From NCBI GenBank assembly GCA_965222115.1, contig CBDCTJ010000007.1:2624001-2688000 (forward strand): DNA of 64,000 nucleotides. The letters run 5' to 3'. Below, one piece after another: positions 1-10,310 of the stretch. The DNA is from Planctomycetota bacterium (GTDB taxonomy: Bacteria > Planctomycetota > PLA2 > JAEUHO01). The translations under genes and the position numbers were made by a program. The notes below the pieces were generated by a model. The model saw nothing but the letters and a program-made list of their open reading frames with translations, did no database searches and was not told the DNA's origin. The first letter of the stretch is position 1. Every line of letters begins with the position of its first letter.

Positions 1-1
1 C

Positions 2-3000
2 GTGCGTTGGGAAAGCGTGGACATCTCCAACTTTGTGTTCATGAAGTTCAATGTGGACGTTGGTACCACACCCGTCGCACCGAGGGCTAGCGGACGCATC
101 TTCTGTGACGCCAATGACAATGGTGTTTATGACGACGGTACCGATATGCCTTGGAGCGGTGGCGCGGTCAACTTGAGCGTGCAACGCATCGACTGCCAGT
201 CCAAGGCGCCCGTCGGTGCACCCATTCCGGTCGTTACCAATGCCGCTGGCGAGTGGACCCTTCAGGGTTTGCTTGAGGGTTGCTACACGCTTGACGTAAC
301 CGACACCATTAGCTTCTCGCTGTCCACGGGCGTGACGCTCCCCATCGAATTCGAACTCGACGGTGATGACTGTGATAAGCAAGTCGATATCGGGTATCAG
401 TGCACGCAGTCCATCTGTGGTGAGCTGTTCTGTGACGACAACGGTGACTGCATCTTCAATGGCAACGACGGCGTCTTGCCAGCGGGTGCTAGCGCAACGA
501 TCGTCGTAACGCCTATCGATCCCGTGTCCAAGGACGCCATCGGCCCGGCGATCACCAAGGTTCTCGACGGAACGGACTCCCATGAGTGGTGTGTTGACGG
601 ACTCGCCTTCGGCACCTACCTCATTACCGTGGATTCCACGCTTAATATTGTGGATAGCCCATGTGCGGTGGAGAGCTACGAACGTACGCTATCGGCCGAT
701 ACAACAGGACAGATCGATGACGTGATCTTCCCGCTCGTTTGCCTTGAGCAGATTTGCGGTCGCATCTACTGTGATGATGACCTATCTGAGGATTACACGG
801 CAGGCGATGACCGCGAGCTTGAAGGTGTTCAGGTAGAAGCCCGCCCCAAGGGGGAACCCACCGCCGATCCCATCACCGCGACCACCGATGAAGACGGCAA
901 TTACTGCTTGCCCGTGCCTCCCGGTGAGTGGGTGGTCATGGTGCCCATGCCACAGGTGCCTGCGCTTGATGGCGTTTCGCCGGCCACCGGGCAGTTGCTA
1001 AGCATCGAGGTGGATGCCCGTAATGGCTCCATTGATGACATCGACTTCCGCTTTGACTGCAGCTCGACCATCTCCGGTCGTGTCTTCTGCGAAGGGCCCA
1101 ATGAGGACTGCGACGGCGAGTACGACCTAAACGTTGACGACGCGCTCGAGGGCATTGTGCTTGAGCTTGTACGCAATGGAAGTGTAGTCGCCGAAACCAC
1201 CACGATTGCCGACGGCACCTACATCTTCTCGGGTGTAGCGCCCTCAAAGGCATTTCCTTACACCGTTCGTGTCAAGGCGGGTCAGGCAGCGCTTGCTGGC
1301 AAGATCGGCCCCGCACCAGAGAACTACACCGACATCGAGGTGCCTAATGCTGGCGAGTTGACCAGCACCATTACCGGCCTCGACTTTGCCTATTGCCTAC
1401 TTGAGGTGTCGGGACGCGTCTTCTGTGAAGGTGGCCCCGGCGGCGATTGTGACGGCGACTATGACGCCGGCACCGACCAGCCGCTTGCTGGCATCGATGT
1501 CATCCTCAAGAAGGACGGCGTTCAAGTCGGTCAGCCTGCGCAGACCAACTCAGAAGGCATGTACACCTTCAATATTCTTGAGGTGGCCGACTACACGGTT
1601 GAAGTGGTGCCCGGTCAACCCGAACTTGAAGGGAAGCTTGGCCCCACGCCCACGTTCTGGGATGCGAAGTTCACCGAGCAAACCGGTGGCAATCGCTCCA
1701 TTCGCGACTTGGACTTTGCCTACTGCCGAACAACGGTGGCCATCTCCGGCAAGATCTGGTGCGAACGTCCCACGATTGGCAATGGCGCTGGCGCCGTGAG
1801 CCCGTGCAACAACACCTACGACCCAACCGCCACGGTGGGCGAGGCCGGTGGCGACACCGACTCGTTGCTCGCTGGCATCGAGGTCGAACTGATATCGAAC
1901 AACGTGGTTGTGGACACCGCCACCACAGCAGGCAACGGTCGTTACATCTTTGATGATCTGGCTACAGGTACCGACTACACCGTGCGTGTGAAGGCGGGCC
2001 AGGCAGCGCTGGCCTCCAAGGTCGGCCCCGCACCCGAAGACATCGATGTCAGCGTACCGCTTGACGTTTCCGACTTCAGTTCCGACGACAACGACTTCGT
2101 TGTGTGTCAGCTCTGGATTTGCCCGCTCGCCTGGTGCGACGTGGACGGAAGCGGCCTGCGTGAAGCCACGGCGACCTACACCGAGCCGGTCCTGAACCTC
2201 GCTTGGGAGATTCGTCCCCAGGGTCAGCCAAACGCTGATCCGGTGTTGAGGGGTACCTCCTGCGATTGGATTGACGCGCCGTTTACCGCGCCGAATCCGG
2301 CAGAGGGTGTGGACGTGCCTCCGGGCGCGTGGACGCTCACCATCATTTCGCCCACCGGCGAGAATGCACCCACGCCCGCCGCGGGCACCACGTTCGATTT
2401 CGTCGTCGACGAGAGTTCCACGTTCCCGTACCTGCCACACTTCCCGTATGACTGTGTCCTCACGGTCAAGGGTCGTTTCTGGTGCGATGGTGGTTCACCC
2501 GGTTGTGATGGCGTATTCCAGCCTGAGAACGACACACCGCTGGCCGGCATGCAAGTTCGTCTTGAGCAGATTGATGGCACGAATGTCGTCAATGGCCAGA
2601 CCAACGGCGCCGGTGAGTACACGCTCTCGACCAAGATTCCCGGTACGTATCGGGTGCGCTTGATTGATGCGGATCTCCCGGGCAAGACGGGGGCCTACCA
2701 CAACGGTGTGCTTGTGACCGGACCGATCGGCTCGTTTAGCGCCAACGGTGGTAGCCGCACCTACGAAGACATCGACTTCTATTACTGCCCCGAGCCGGGT
2801 CGTTTGACAGGTCTCGTCTTTGAAGAGAGCCACGAGCGTCCTTGCGACGGTGAGTTGCAGCAGGACGAAGAAGCCAATGGCCTTGCAGGCGTGACAGTGA
2901 CCATTACCGGTCCGCTTAACGCGTCAATCAACACGAACCAAAACGGCATCTACGTGTTCAACAATCTGCCTGCCGGTGACTACAACGTCACGGTGGACGG

Positions 3001-6000
3001 GCAGGACATGGGCACCTTTGGGGTGTCGCCGTCTTCCGCCACGTCGGTCCCAGCGCTCATCACGCCCGGTGGCACGACGACCGTCAACTTCGCGGGCTGC
3101 CGCCCAGCGAAGATTGAGGGTTACGTGTTCAAGGATCCCGTAGGCGATTGCGACGGTGAGTACGCCAACGGTGAAGGCCTTGAAAACTGGCAGGTCGACT
3201 TGATCCAAAACGGTGCGGTTGTCGCTTCAGAAACGACCGATGCGTTTGGCAAGTATGAGTTTGGCGACTTGGACGCTGGCGATTACACCGTCGAGCTCCA
3301 AATCACCGAACCTACCGCCGGTGACAACTGCTACCTCGTGAGCCCCGCCGACAAGCAAGTCGACGTATCGCTCCTGCCCGGTGAAACCGAGCGCGTGGAC
3401 TACGGTCTTTGCGCACAGGCACTTGCCGGTCGCGTGTGGAGCGAGGTCTTCGAGCAGCTCAATGGCGTTTGGGAGCCCACCGAAGACACGCCGCTCGCCG
3501 GTGTTTCGGTAAGCATCGAAGGTGTTTCGGGTGATGCCCTTGGCTACACCGACGAAACCACCACCGACGCGCAGGGTAAGTATCGTTTCGACAACTTGCC
3601 CACGGGTCAGTACGAGATTGTTGTTACGGATAATGCCGGTAACCAAACGATCCTATCGGGCCTCGAGGCACAGGACCCCACGCTTCGCGATCCGTCGCTG
3701 GCACCGGGTGACTTTGTTGACGATCAGGACTTCTACTACACGAGCACGATGCAAGCTGTATCGGGCCGCGTGTGGAAGGAGACCTTCGGCGGCACCAACG
3801 GTGTGTGGGAGCCCACAGAGGACACGCCCCTGGCCAACGTTGAAGTTGAAATCACCGGTGTAACGGGTGATGCCGTTGGATACAACGACACCACCACCAC
3901 CGACAATCAAGGCTTCTACTCGTTTGACGACATTCCGGCCGGTTCGTACTTGATCAAGATCACCGACAGCGCTGGCAATGTGACCATCGTGGAAGGCCTC
4001 ACCGGCCCGACGCCCGATGAGCGCACGCCGAGCGTGGGTGTGAATGAGACGGTGCCCAACCAGGACTTCTATTACGTCGATCCCACGCAGTCGCTAAGCG
4101 GCCGCGTGTGGCAAGAGGTCTTCGAGGATCTCAACGGCATTTGGGAGCCCACGGAAGACACGCCGCTGGCGGGTGTCAACGTGACCATCGAGGGCACATC
4201 GGGCGACGCGCTCGGCCAGACGTTTGATACCAACACGAATGCGGACGGGTTCTACCAATTCGACAACATTCCCACCGGTACCTATGACGTCTACGTCACC
4301 GACAACGCAGGCAATCAGGCGATTCTTGGCGAGCTCATCGCTCAGGATCCCACGTTGCGCCAGCCCACGGTGAATCCCGGCGACAACATCGTCGAGCAGG
4401 ACTTCTACTACACCGGCACGATGCAGACGCTCTGCGGTCGTGTGTGGCAAGAAGACTACGCCGAGCTCAACAGCATTTGGGATCCCGACAATGAGAACGA
4501 CACGCCGCTCGCCGGTGTGGAAGTGAGCATTACGGGTATTGCCGGCGACGCGGATGGTTACAGCGACACGATGCTTACGGGCGACGATGGCCGCTACTGC
4601 TTCCAGGGCATTCCGGCCGGAACCTATCGGGTTGTGGTCACGGACAGCGCTGGCAACGAGACCATTCTCGGTACGCTCGACGCGGTGCCGCCGACCGAGC
4701 GCACGCCCGACGTACCGCTCAATGGCAACGTGGATGACCAGGACTTCGTCTACACAACTACGGACCAAAAGCTCTGTGGCCGTGTGTGGCAGGAGGACTA
4801 CACCAACACCGATGGTGTGTGGAACCCTGCGGACGACACGGGGCTTGTGGGCGTGGAAGTGTCTATCGAGGGCGTCGATGGTCCGGCGACGGGCTACACG
4901 GACACCACGTTCACATATGGCGAGGGCACCCCCGACGTTGGCATGTACAACTTCGAAGGCATCCCGGCCGGCACCTACATCGTCAAGATCACCGACAGCG
5001 CAGGCAATGTGACGATCACGGAAGGCCTTGTTGGCCCCACGCCCGATCAGCGCACGCCCGACGTACCGGTGAACGGCGCTGCGCACGATCAGGACTTCTA
5101 CTATGTCAATCAGCCTGTTGGTTGCGACGATACCCAGGACATCTGTCTGAAGATCTTCGGCGAGCCCATGGACGCCTGTGATGGCGTCTTTGATGACGGC
5201 GTTGATATGCCACTTGGTGGCGTTGAAGTCTTCGTACGTGCTCAGGGTCAGACCGACGGCTACATCGCTTCGGGCTTCACCGACGCGAACGGCGAGTACT
5301 GCTTCATGGGCTTGGAGCCCGGTATGTACGAGGTCTACCCGGGTGGCAACCAGGAGATCCTGGCGGGCTACGAAGTGTTCAGCGACGGACGCGATTGCCG
5401 TCCTGTGGAGCTCAAGTGTGGCGAGGACGTCTATGAGGCGTTTGGCTTCTGCCCCACATGCAGCGAGCCTTCTTGCTGTGAGGGTTACCTCCAGCAGCTC
5501 TGCTTCGAGTCCGAGCACTGTGCATGGGACCTAGAGCCCGGTGATCTCATCACCGTTCGGGCCACGCTCTATGATGGCGATGCCGTGATTGACACGGTGG
5601 AACTTGCCTACGAAGATGCGTTCCCGGGTGCTGCGACGGGTCTCGATGGCGTGCTTCGCATCGACCACGTGACGGTACACCCCTGGGGTTCGGCCATCGT
5701 CAAGGTCTGTGCCATGGCCGACGCCGACAGCTTCCCAATGGGTCACTTCGGCGGTACGAACTATCGCGTTGAGGTGAGCTTCAACAAGGACACCGCCGCG
5801 GGTCACACACGCTTCATGTGCGAAGACGTGCGTCCCGGCAGCCTGTTCACCTACTCGGAAGCCTGTGGCGACATGCCGCCCTGCGACATCGTCGTTGAGG
5901 ATCCCTACCAGTGGCTTGCCCAGTGCCTGCCCGAGTGCGAAGCGCGCTTCTTGGTGTTGAAGACGCTCAGCTACGACGGTTGGAAGAAGTGCAACGGAGA

Positions 6001-6775
6001 AGATCCCGAGCAGTCGCTAAGCGGACGCGTCTGGTGGGAGCTTGAAGCCGACGAAAACGGTGTATGGGAGTCGGACGCCGACAATCCGTTCGAGGGTCTA
6101 GCGGTTGAGCTTGTGGGTACCAGCGGCGACGCTGCCGGTTACTCCGAGACCACCACCACGAGCACCGACGGCACCTACGCGTTCATGGACATCCCGACCG
6201 GCGCCTACACGGTGATGGTCAAGGATTCGGATGGCAACGACATCATTCTCTCGGGCTACGACGCGCGTGATCCCACGAGCTACGGCCCCACAGTGAATGA
6301 CGGCGACAACGTCACCGACCGCGACTTCTACTATGTAGAGCCCGCGTGCAAGATCGACTTTGGCCCTGAAGTGTTCACGTACACCTACCGTGTGCCCTGT
6401 GAATACAGCCAGGGCGATGTCCACCACGTTGAGTTGAAGTTGCTGTTGGGTGAAACCGACAACATCATCGACCGCGTCGCAACCGAGTGGGAAGGTGAGT
6501 GCTTCAAGGGCGAGCTCGACAGCCGCTTTGGAAACCTCACACTCCTTGAGGCGTGCAAAGTGGGTGTGGACGGTGACGACTGCCTCTACGAAGTGACCTT
6601 CCGCGTCAATCGCGACTGCGACTGCGATTCGGTAGACACCGATGGTGACGGTGAAATCGATCGCTGGACCGACGCCCGACTCTGCACGACGGTGGATTGG
6701 GTCTTCAGCGATGACGACGAGATGGTTCGTCTTTGCCCGGATATCAACATGGAGCACGTGCCGAACGACGTATAA
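2..6775 (+). CDS. Giant secreted/surface protein with many tandem SdrD-B/Cna-B-like beta-sandwich repeats (5'-truncated by the window)
   Basis: 2257-aa open frame from the window edge. Recurring units of about 110 aa: GRV(W/F)xE..DGxYD...LxGVxVxL...TTDxxGxYxF...GxYxV...DFxY. Acidic and Cys-rich, with DTDGDGEID near the C-terminus. Confidence 0.8.
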   Translation: MRWESVDISNFVFMKFNVDVGTTPVAPRASGRIFCDANDNGVYDDGTDMPWSGGAVNLSVQRIDCQSKAPVGAPIPVVTNAAGEWTLQGLLEGCYTLDVTDTISFSLSTGVTLPIEFELDGDDCDKQVDIGYQCTQSICGELFCDDNGDCIFNGNDGVLPAGASATIVVTPIDPVSKDAIGPAITKVLDGTDSHEWCVDGLAFGTYLITVDSTLNIVDSPCAVESYERTLSADTTGQIDDVIFPLVCLEQICGRIYCDDDLSEDYTAGDDRELEGVQVEARPKGEPTADPITATTDEDGNYCLPVPPGEWVVMVPMPQVPALDGVSPATGQLLSIEVDARNGSIDDIDFRFDCSSTISGRVFCEGPNEDCDGEYDLNVDDALEGIVLELVRNGSVVAETTTIADGTYIFSGVAPSKAFPYTVRVKAGQAALAGKIGPAPENYTDIEVPNAGELTSTITGLDFAYCLLEVSGRVFCEGGPGGDCDGDYDAGTDQPLAGIDVILKKDGVQVGQPAQTNSEGMYTFNILEVADYTVEVVPGQPELEGKLGPTPTFWDAKFTEQTGGNRSIRDLDFAYCRTTVAISGKIWCERPTIGNGAGAVSPCNNTYDPTATVGEAGGDTDSLLAGIEVELISNNVVVDTATTAGNGRYIFDDLATGTDYTVRVKAGQAALASKVGPAPEDIDVSVPLDVSDFSSDDNDFVVCQLWICPLAWCDVDGSGLREATATYTEPVLNLAWEIRPQGQPNADPVLRGTSCDWIDAPFTAPNPAEGVDVPPGAWTLTIISPTGENAPTPAAGTTFDFVVDESSTFPYLPHFPYDCVLTVKGRFWCDGGSPGCDGVFQPENDTPLAGMQVRLEQIDGTNVVNGQTNGAGEYTLSTKIPGTYRVRLIDADLPGKTGAYHNGVLVTGPIGSFSANGGSRTYEDIDFYYCPEPGRLTGLVFEESHERPCDGELQQDEEANGLAGVTVTITGPLNASINTNQNGIYVFNNLPAGDYNVTVDGQDMGTFGVSPSSATSVPALITPGGTTTVNFAGCRPAKIEGYVFKDPVGDCDGEYANGEGLENWQVDLIQNGAVVASETTDAFGKYEFGDLDAGDYTVELQITEPTAGDNCYLVSPADKQVDVSLLPGETERVDYGLCAQALAGRVWSEVFEQLNGVWEPTEDTPLAGVSVSIEGVSGDALGYTDETTTDAQGKYRFDNLPTGQYEIVVTDNAGNQTILSGLEAQDPTLRDPSLAPGDFVDDQDFYYTSTMQAVSGRVWKETFGGTNGVWEPTEDTPLANVEVEITGVTGDAVGYNDTTTTDNQGFYSFDDIPAGSYLIKITDSAGNVTIVEGLTGPTPDERTPSVGVNETVPNQDFYYVDPTQSLSGRVWQEVFEDLNGIWEPTEDTPLAGVNVTIEGTSGDALGQTFDTNTNADGFYQFDNIPTGTYDVYVTDNAGNQAILGELIAQDPTLRQPTVNPGDNIVEQDFYYTGTMQTLCGRVWQEDYAELNSIWDPDNENDTPLAGVEVSITGIAGDADGYSDTMLTGDDGRYCFQGIPAGTYRVVVTDSAGNETILGTLDAVPPTERTPDVPLNGNVDDQDFVYTTTDQKLCGRVWQEDYTNTDGVWNPADDTGLVGVEVSIEGVDGPATGYTDTTFTYGEGTPDVGMYNFEGIPAGTYIVKITDSAGNVTITEGLVGPTPDQRTPDVPVNGAAHDQDFYYVNQPVGCDDTQDICLKIFGEPMDACDGVFDDGVDMPLGGVEVFVRAQGQTDGYIASGFTDANGEYCFMGLEPGMYEVYPGGNQEILAGYEVFSDGRDCRPVELKCGEDVYEAFGFCPTCSEPSCCEGYLQQLCFESEHCAWDLEPGDLITVRATLYDGDAVIDTVELAYEDAFPGAATGLDGVLRIDHVTVHPWGSAIVKVCAMADADSFPMGHFGGTNYRVEVSFNKDTAAGHTRFMCEDVRPGSLFTYSEACGDMPPCDIVVEDPYQWLAQCLPECEARFLVLKTLSYDGWKKCNGEDPEQSLSGRVWWELEADENGVWESDADNPFEGLAVELVGTSGDAAGYSETTTTSTDGTYAFMDIPTGAYTVMVKDSDGNDIILSGYDARDPTSYGPTVNDGDNVTDRDFYYVEPACKIDFGPEVFTYTYRVPCEYSQGDVHHVELKLLLGETDNIIDRVATEWEGECFKGELDSRFGNLTLLEACKVGVDGDDCLYEVTFRVNRDCDCDSVDTDGDGEIDRWTDARLCTTVDWVFSDDDEMVRLCPDINMEHVPNDV

Positions 6776-6841
6776 CGTCAGACGCAAGTGAACCCGCCGC
6801 GCCTAGGGACTTGGGCGCGGTGACTTCAGTGATTCACATTC

Positions 6842-6883
6842 GTGGGACGCCTTCCGATAGGGAGGCGTCCCACAGTTCGTTTT
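6842..6883 (+). terminator. Probable intrinsic terminator after the giant protein gene
   Basis: GTGGGACGCCTTCC-GATA-GGGAGGCGTCCCAC hairpin followed by AGTTCGTTTT. Confidence 0.65.
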
Positions 6884-6967
6884 GGGGCGGGACGCCTTGG
6901 GAGTACGGGCGCTTGCTGGCCGCACGGCGCATCGGGGGAAAGAAGGCTCACACGAAGGGCGCAAAGA

Positions 6968-8986
6968 GTGCGACAGGCCAAGCCTGGACAAGGAGGAACT
7001 CATGACGTGACGAAACCTTGTGATGGAGCCCAACGGGTAACCAATCCCGTCCGGCCAAGCTGACCGAGCAGCCGGAAGCAAACCTAGCGCGCTCTGTGGG
7101 TAACTGCGGGGTGTGAAGCACTAGGCAAGCGTGTGTGCGGGCTGTGTGATTGAGCCTCGAAATTCTTATGACTGCGGTGGCCGACGATGTTCTTTGATCG
7201 GAAGGCACCATCGGAGACGAGCGTGTAGGTCTGCTCCCTCCGGCCCGCCGGGGTCTATGAGCAGGGCACGTACACAAAGGGGCTTCCCCAGGAACCTGTG
7301 AGATCCCATGCTGTCCTTCGAGAACTCGGCGCGGAAGGGCCGTAGACACTTCCAGCAATACGCAGCACGAGGCACACGCTTGTGTTGGGTGCGAAACAAG
7401 CGTGTGAAACGAAGGTACGGCGTCGCGAAGTCACCCGAGCGGCGCTGGACGCAGGTGGGAAGTCGGAGCGCTCCGTAGTACCGATGAACGGGGGGAACCT
7501 TTCACCAAGGGACCCTCGGGAGGGATGGGAGCGCCGCTATGTGTACTCCGTAGGAGGGAACCATGACAGAGATCCCAAGCTTTGATCCCGTGTTACCGAA
7601 ACTCCGACGGATCGCAATGCTTGCGAAGCAATCCCCGGAGATGGCGTTCACGTCGTTGAACTCCGCTCTGGACATGACGTTACTGCGTGAAGCGCATCGG
7701 CGAACGCGCAAAGGAGGCGCAACGGGCATAGATCGCCAGACGGCGCAGGATTACGCGAAGGACCTGGAGAGCAATCTCCAGAGCCTGCTAAACCGTGCCA
7801 AGTCCGGCGACCGTTACCGCGCACCTCCTGTGCGACGTGTGCATATTCCCAAGGACAAGCCCGGGGAGACTCGGCCCCTGGGGATACCGACGTTTGAGGA
7901 CAAGATCCTCCAACGCGCGGTGGCCATGATTCTGGAATCCATCTACGAACAGGACTTTGACTCCTGCTCGTACGGTTTCCGGCCTGGCCGCTCGGCACAC
8001 GATCTGTTGGCTGCACTTCGTAACTCGATGATGAACATGAACGGCGGGTGGGTGCTTGAAGCCGATATCCGCAAGTTCTTCGACAGCGTCGATCACGCGC
8101 AGCTAATGGACGTGCTTCGCAAGCGGGTGCGAGATGGTGTGATTTTGCGATTGATTGGCAAGTGGCTAAATGCAGGTGTCATGGAGGATGGCCGCGTGAG
8201 CTATCCCAAAGGAACTGGTACGCCGCAAGGCGGAGTGATCTCCCCCGTGTTGGCCAACATCTTCCTCCATGAAGTGTTGGACACCTGGTGGAAAGAAGAT
8301 GTCGCCCCTCGCATGAAGGGGGAGGCGCATCTCTTTCGTTACGCAGATGACTTCGTGATTGTATTCGCTCGTGAAGCGGATGCACGGCGTGTGATGGACG
8401 TCGTTCCAAAGCGCTTCGACAAGTACGGCCTTGCCATCCACCCAGATAAGACTCGCTTGGTGCGATTCAAACGCCCGCGGCACTACGACTCCGATCATGA
8501 TTCGGAAACGTTCGACCTGTTGGGCTTTACGCATCTATGGAGTCGATCCCGTAAGGGATACTGGGTGATTCGGCAGTTGACCGCACGAAGTCGGTATCGC
8601 CGCGGTCTGACGCGGATGTCCAAGTGGCTCCGCTCCGTCCGCCACCAACCTGTGCATTGGCAGCGTACAAAACTGGCACAAAAACTCCAGGGGCATTACG
8701 CCTACTACGGGGTGACTGGCAATACGCGTCGGCTGCACAACTTCCGGCGGGAAGCCATACGGCTTTGGAGGTACTGGCTGTGCCGCCGTTCACAGCGCGC
8801 CAAGATGCCATGGGATCGTTTCAACCGACTCCTACAGCATCACCCCATTCCACCATCACGTGTCACGCGCTCGATCTATCGCGCCACCTAATCGGCGACC
8901 CACATAGCGAGGAGCCGGATGCGGTAATCCCGCACGTCCGGATCTGTAGGGGGGCTGGGGAGGGAAACCTCCCCGGCCTACCCGAC
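6968..8986 (+). mobile_element. Complete group II intron (endonuclease-less bacterial type)
   Basis: 5' end GTGCGAC at 6968. Domain V GAGCCGGATGCGGTAATCCCGCACGTCCGGATC and domain VI ending CCTACCCGAC at 8986. EBS1 TCTTTG (7191-7196, in a CGAT/ATCG stem-loop) is complementary to the last 6 nt of the 5' exon, CAAAGA (6962-6967). Confidence 0.9.
7563..8891 (+). CDS. ltrA: Group II intron reverse transcriptase/maturase
   Basis: Motifs RPLGIPTFEDKILQ, SYGFRPGRSAH, ADIRKFFD, GTPQGGVISPVLANIFLH and RYADD, then a maturase X domain. No C-terminal HNH domain. Confidence 0.95.
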   Translation: MTEIPSFDPVLPKLRRIAMLAKQSPEMAFTSLNSALDMTLLREAHRRTRKGGATGIDRQTAQDYAKDLESNLQSLLNRAKSGDRYRAPPVRRVHIPKDKPGETRPLGIPTFEDKILQRAVAMILESIYEQDFDSCSYGFRPGRSAHDLLAALRNSMMNMNGGWVLEADIRKFFDSVDHAQLMDVLRKRVRDGVILRLIGKWLNAGVMEDGRVSYPKGTGTPQGGVISPVLANIFLHEVLDTWWKEDVAPRMKGEAHLFRYADDFVIVFAREADARRVMDVVPKRFDKYGLAIHPDKTRLVRFKRPRHYDSDHDSETFDLLGFTHLWSRSRKGYWVIRQLTARSRYRRGLTRMSKWLRSVRHQPVHWQRTKLAQKLQGHYAYYGVTGNTRRLHNFRREAIRLWRYWLCRRSQRAKMPWDRFNRLLQHHPIPPSRVTRSIYRAT

Positions 8987-9140
8987 AACGAAGCGCAATG
9001 CGTTGCGGGGAGATGTTTGAGAATGCGTGGAGATATTCGGAGGCGGAACTGGGCTTGGAGCGGGAGAAAGGTCTCACCAAGGACACCAAGCGCAGCCGTA
9101 GCTGAGAAATTCTCCTCCGAATGGAGATGAATGTTCCTGA

Positions 9141-9611
9141 TCACAAGGTGAGTTTCAGTCCTTCATGACTGGGCACGAATCCCAAGGATTGATAGAACGA
9201 GTGGGCTTCGGTGCGTTGCTTGTCGGTTGTGAGTTGGGCCAGCGCGCATCCTCGTTCGCGCGCCCTATGGAGCACGGTTGAAATCAACTGCCTCCCGTAA
9301 CCCGAACCGCGGTAGGCACGTGCCACACGAACGCCTTCGAACTGGAGTCGCTCCGAGGCGTATCGCGAGAGCCCAGGAATGTACGTGACTTGGGCCATTG
9401 CCACAATGTCGTCGCCGAGCACGCCCACAACGATTTCGTTTCGAGGATCTGCGCAAATCGCATGCATCGCTGCGATGTACTTGGGTCGATGCTCTGCCTC
9501 GACTCGCTCGCGGTGCGCCCCTAGCTCATCGTCTGCCAAAAGCCCTACGAGTGTGGGAACGTCTTCGACGGTACCTGACCGAAATCGAAGAATCGGGTCG
9601 CCGCTACTCAT
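9141..9611 (-). CDS. GNAT family N-acetyltransferase
   Basis: VRVARAYRGSGYG acetyl-CoA motif and AHSFYQSLGF. Start taken at MSSGDP. Confidence 0.88.
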   Translation of the reverse strand: MSSGDPILRFRSGTVEDVPTLVGLLADDELGAHRERVEAEHRPKYIAAMHAICADPRNEIVVGVLGDDIVAMAQVTYIPGLSRYASERLQFEGVRVARAYRGSGYGRQLISTVLHRARERGCALAQLTTDKQRTEAHSFYQSLGFVPSHEGLKLTL

Positions 9612-9754
9612 CGGATGCTCCTGGATACACATTTGACGATGCCTAGTCTATTTGTAGAAATTCCAGGCGAATATCGGGCGCCTATTCACGAAATTCGGCG
9701 TCGTGAAACTCGCATTTGGTGCCAGGCCTAGAGTCGCAGAATTCGTGTTCTATT

Positions 9755-9933
9755 CGTTACCCGTTACCCGAATCCCGTCACCCGGACTCAAGTGTGATCG
9801 CTCAATGATCGATTCGCGCCGGTTCGTGGACGTGGACGTGGACGTGGACGTGGACGTGGACGTGGACGTGGACGTGGACGTGGACGTGGACGTGGACGTG
9901 GACGTGGACGTGGACGTGGACGTGGACGTGGAC
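9755..9933 (+). repeat. Repeat module: heptamer run + block X + (GTGGAC)18
   Basis: CCCGTTA CCCGAAT CCCGTCA, then CCCGGACTCAAGTGTGATCGCTCAATGATCGATTCGCGCCGGTTC, then 18 GTGGAC units (9826-9933). Confidence 0.95.
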
Positions 9934-9935
9934 GA

Positions 9936-10310
9936 TCAAGGCTCGTCGAACCTTCGTTGAAGCACGAACAACATAGCGGCGGATCGCTCTAGTATGTTCA
10001 TGACACCTGAGATTGCGGCCTCGCTGGAGAGTCCGAGTAGTAGAGCCTGATGTAGAGCGGCAATGGCCTCGGTGCGTTCGGCGTGTGCGATGTCGTACGC
10101 TTTGCGTTTCTCGGCTGGCCGTCGTTTCGAGAGTCCTTCGGCGACGTTTAGGGCAACGCTGACACTTGCGCGCCTGAGCTGATCTGCGAGCTTTGCGTGG
10201 CCCCGAGGCCATGCCGCGCAGGTTGCTACGCACTCGACTGCCGCGGCCTGCGAAGCACGGTAGACATCGAAGCGTTTGAGGTACTCGAGCGTGGAAGTCG
10301 CGCTTGTCAT
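9936..10310 (-). CDS. Four-helix bundle protein, subfamily A copy 1 (TIGR02436 / 23S rRNA IVS protein / Avd-like)
   Basis: 124 aa. Family signature FDVY...LADQLRRASVSVALNVAEG...YDIAHAE..E, with GGAG upstream of the ATG. Three close paralogs in the window. Confidence 0.88.
   Translation of the reverse strand: MTSATSTLEYLKRFDVYRASQAAAVECVATCAAWPRGHAKLADQLRRASVSVALNVAEGLSKRRPAEKRKAYDIAHAERTEAIAALHQALLLGLSSEAAISGVMNILERSAAMLFVLQRRFDEP

Noticed and set aside
4094-5518. Long antisense or alternate-frame ORFs (e.g. 4094-5518, 29636-30745, 40512-41585)
   Set aside because: These are shadow ORFs of well-supported genes in high-GC DNA, with no recognisable motifs.
7563-10310. Diversity-generating retroelement (RT near an Avd-like gene)
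   Set aside because: The RT is embedded in a full group II intron with domains V/VI and EBS1. I found no TR/VR pair differing at adenines, and a GNAT gene separates the RT from the four-helix gene.
9936-10310. 23S rRNA intervening sequence
   Set aside because: The proteins belong to that family, but no rRNA sequence flanks any copy.
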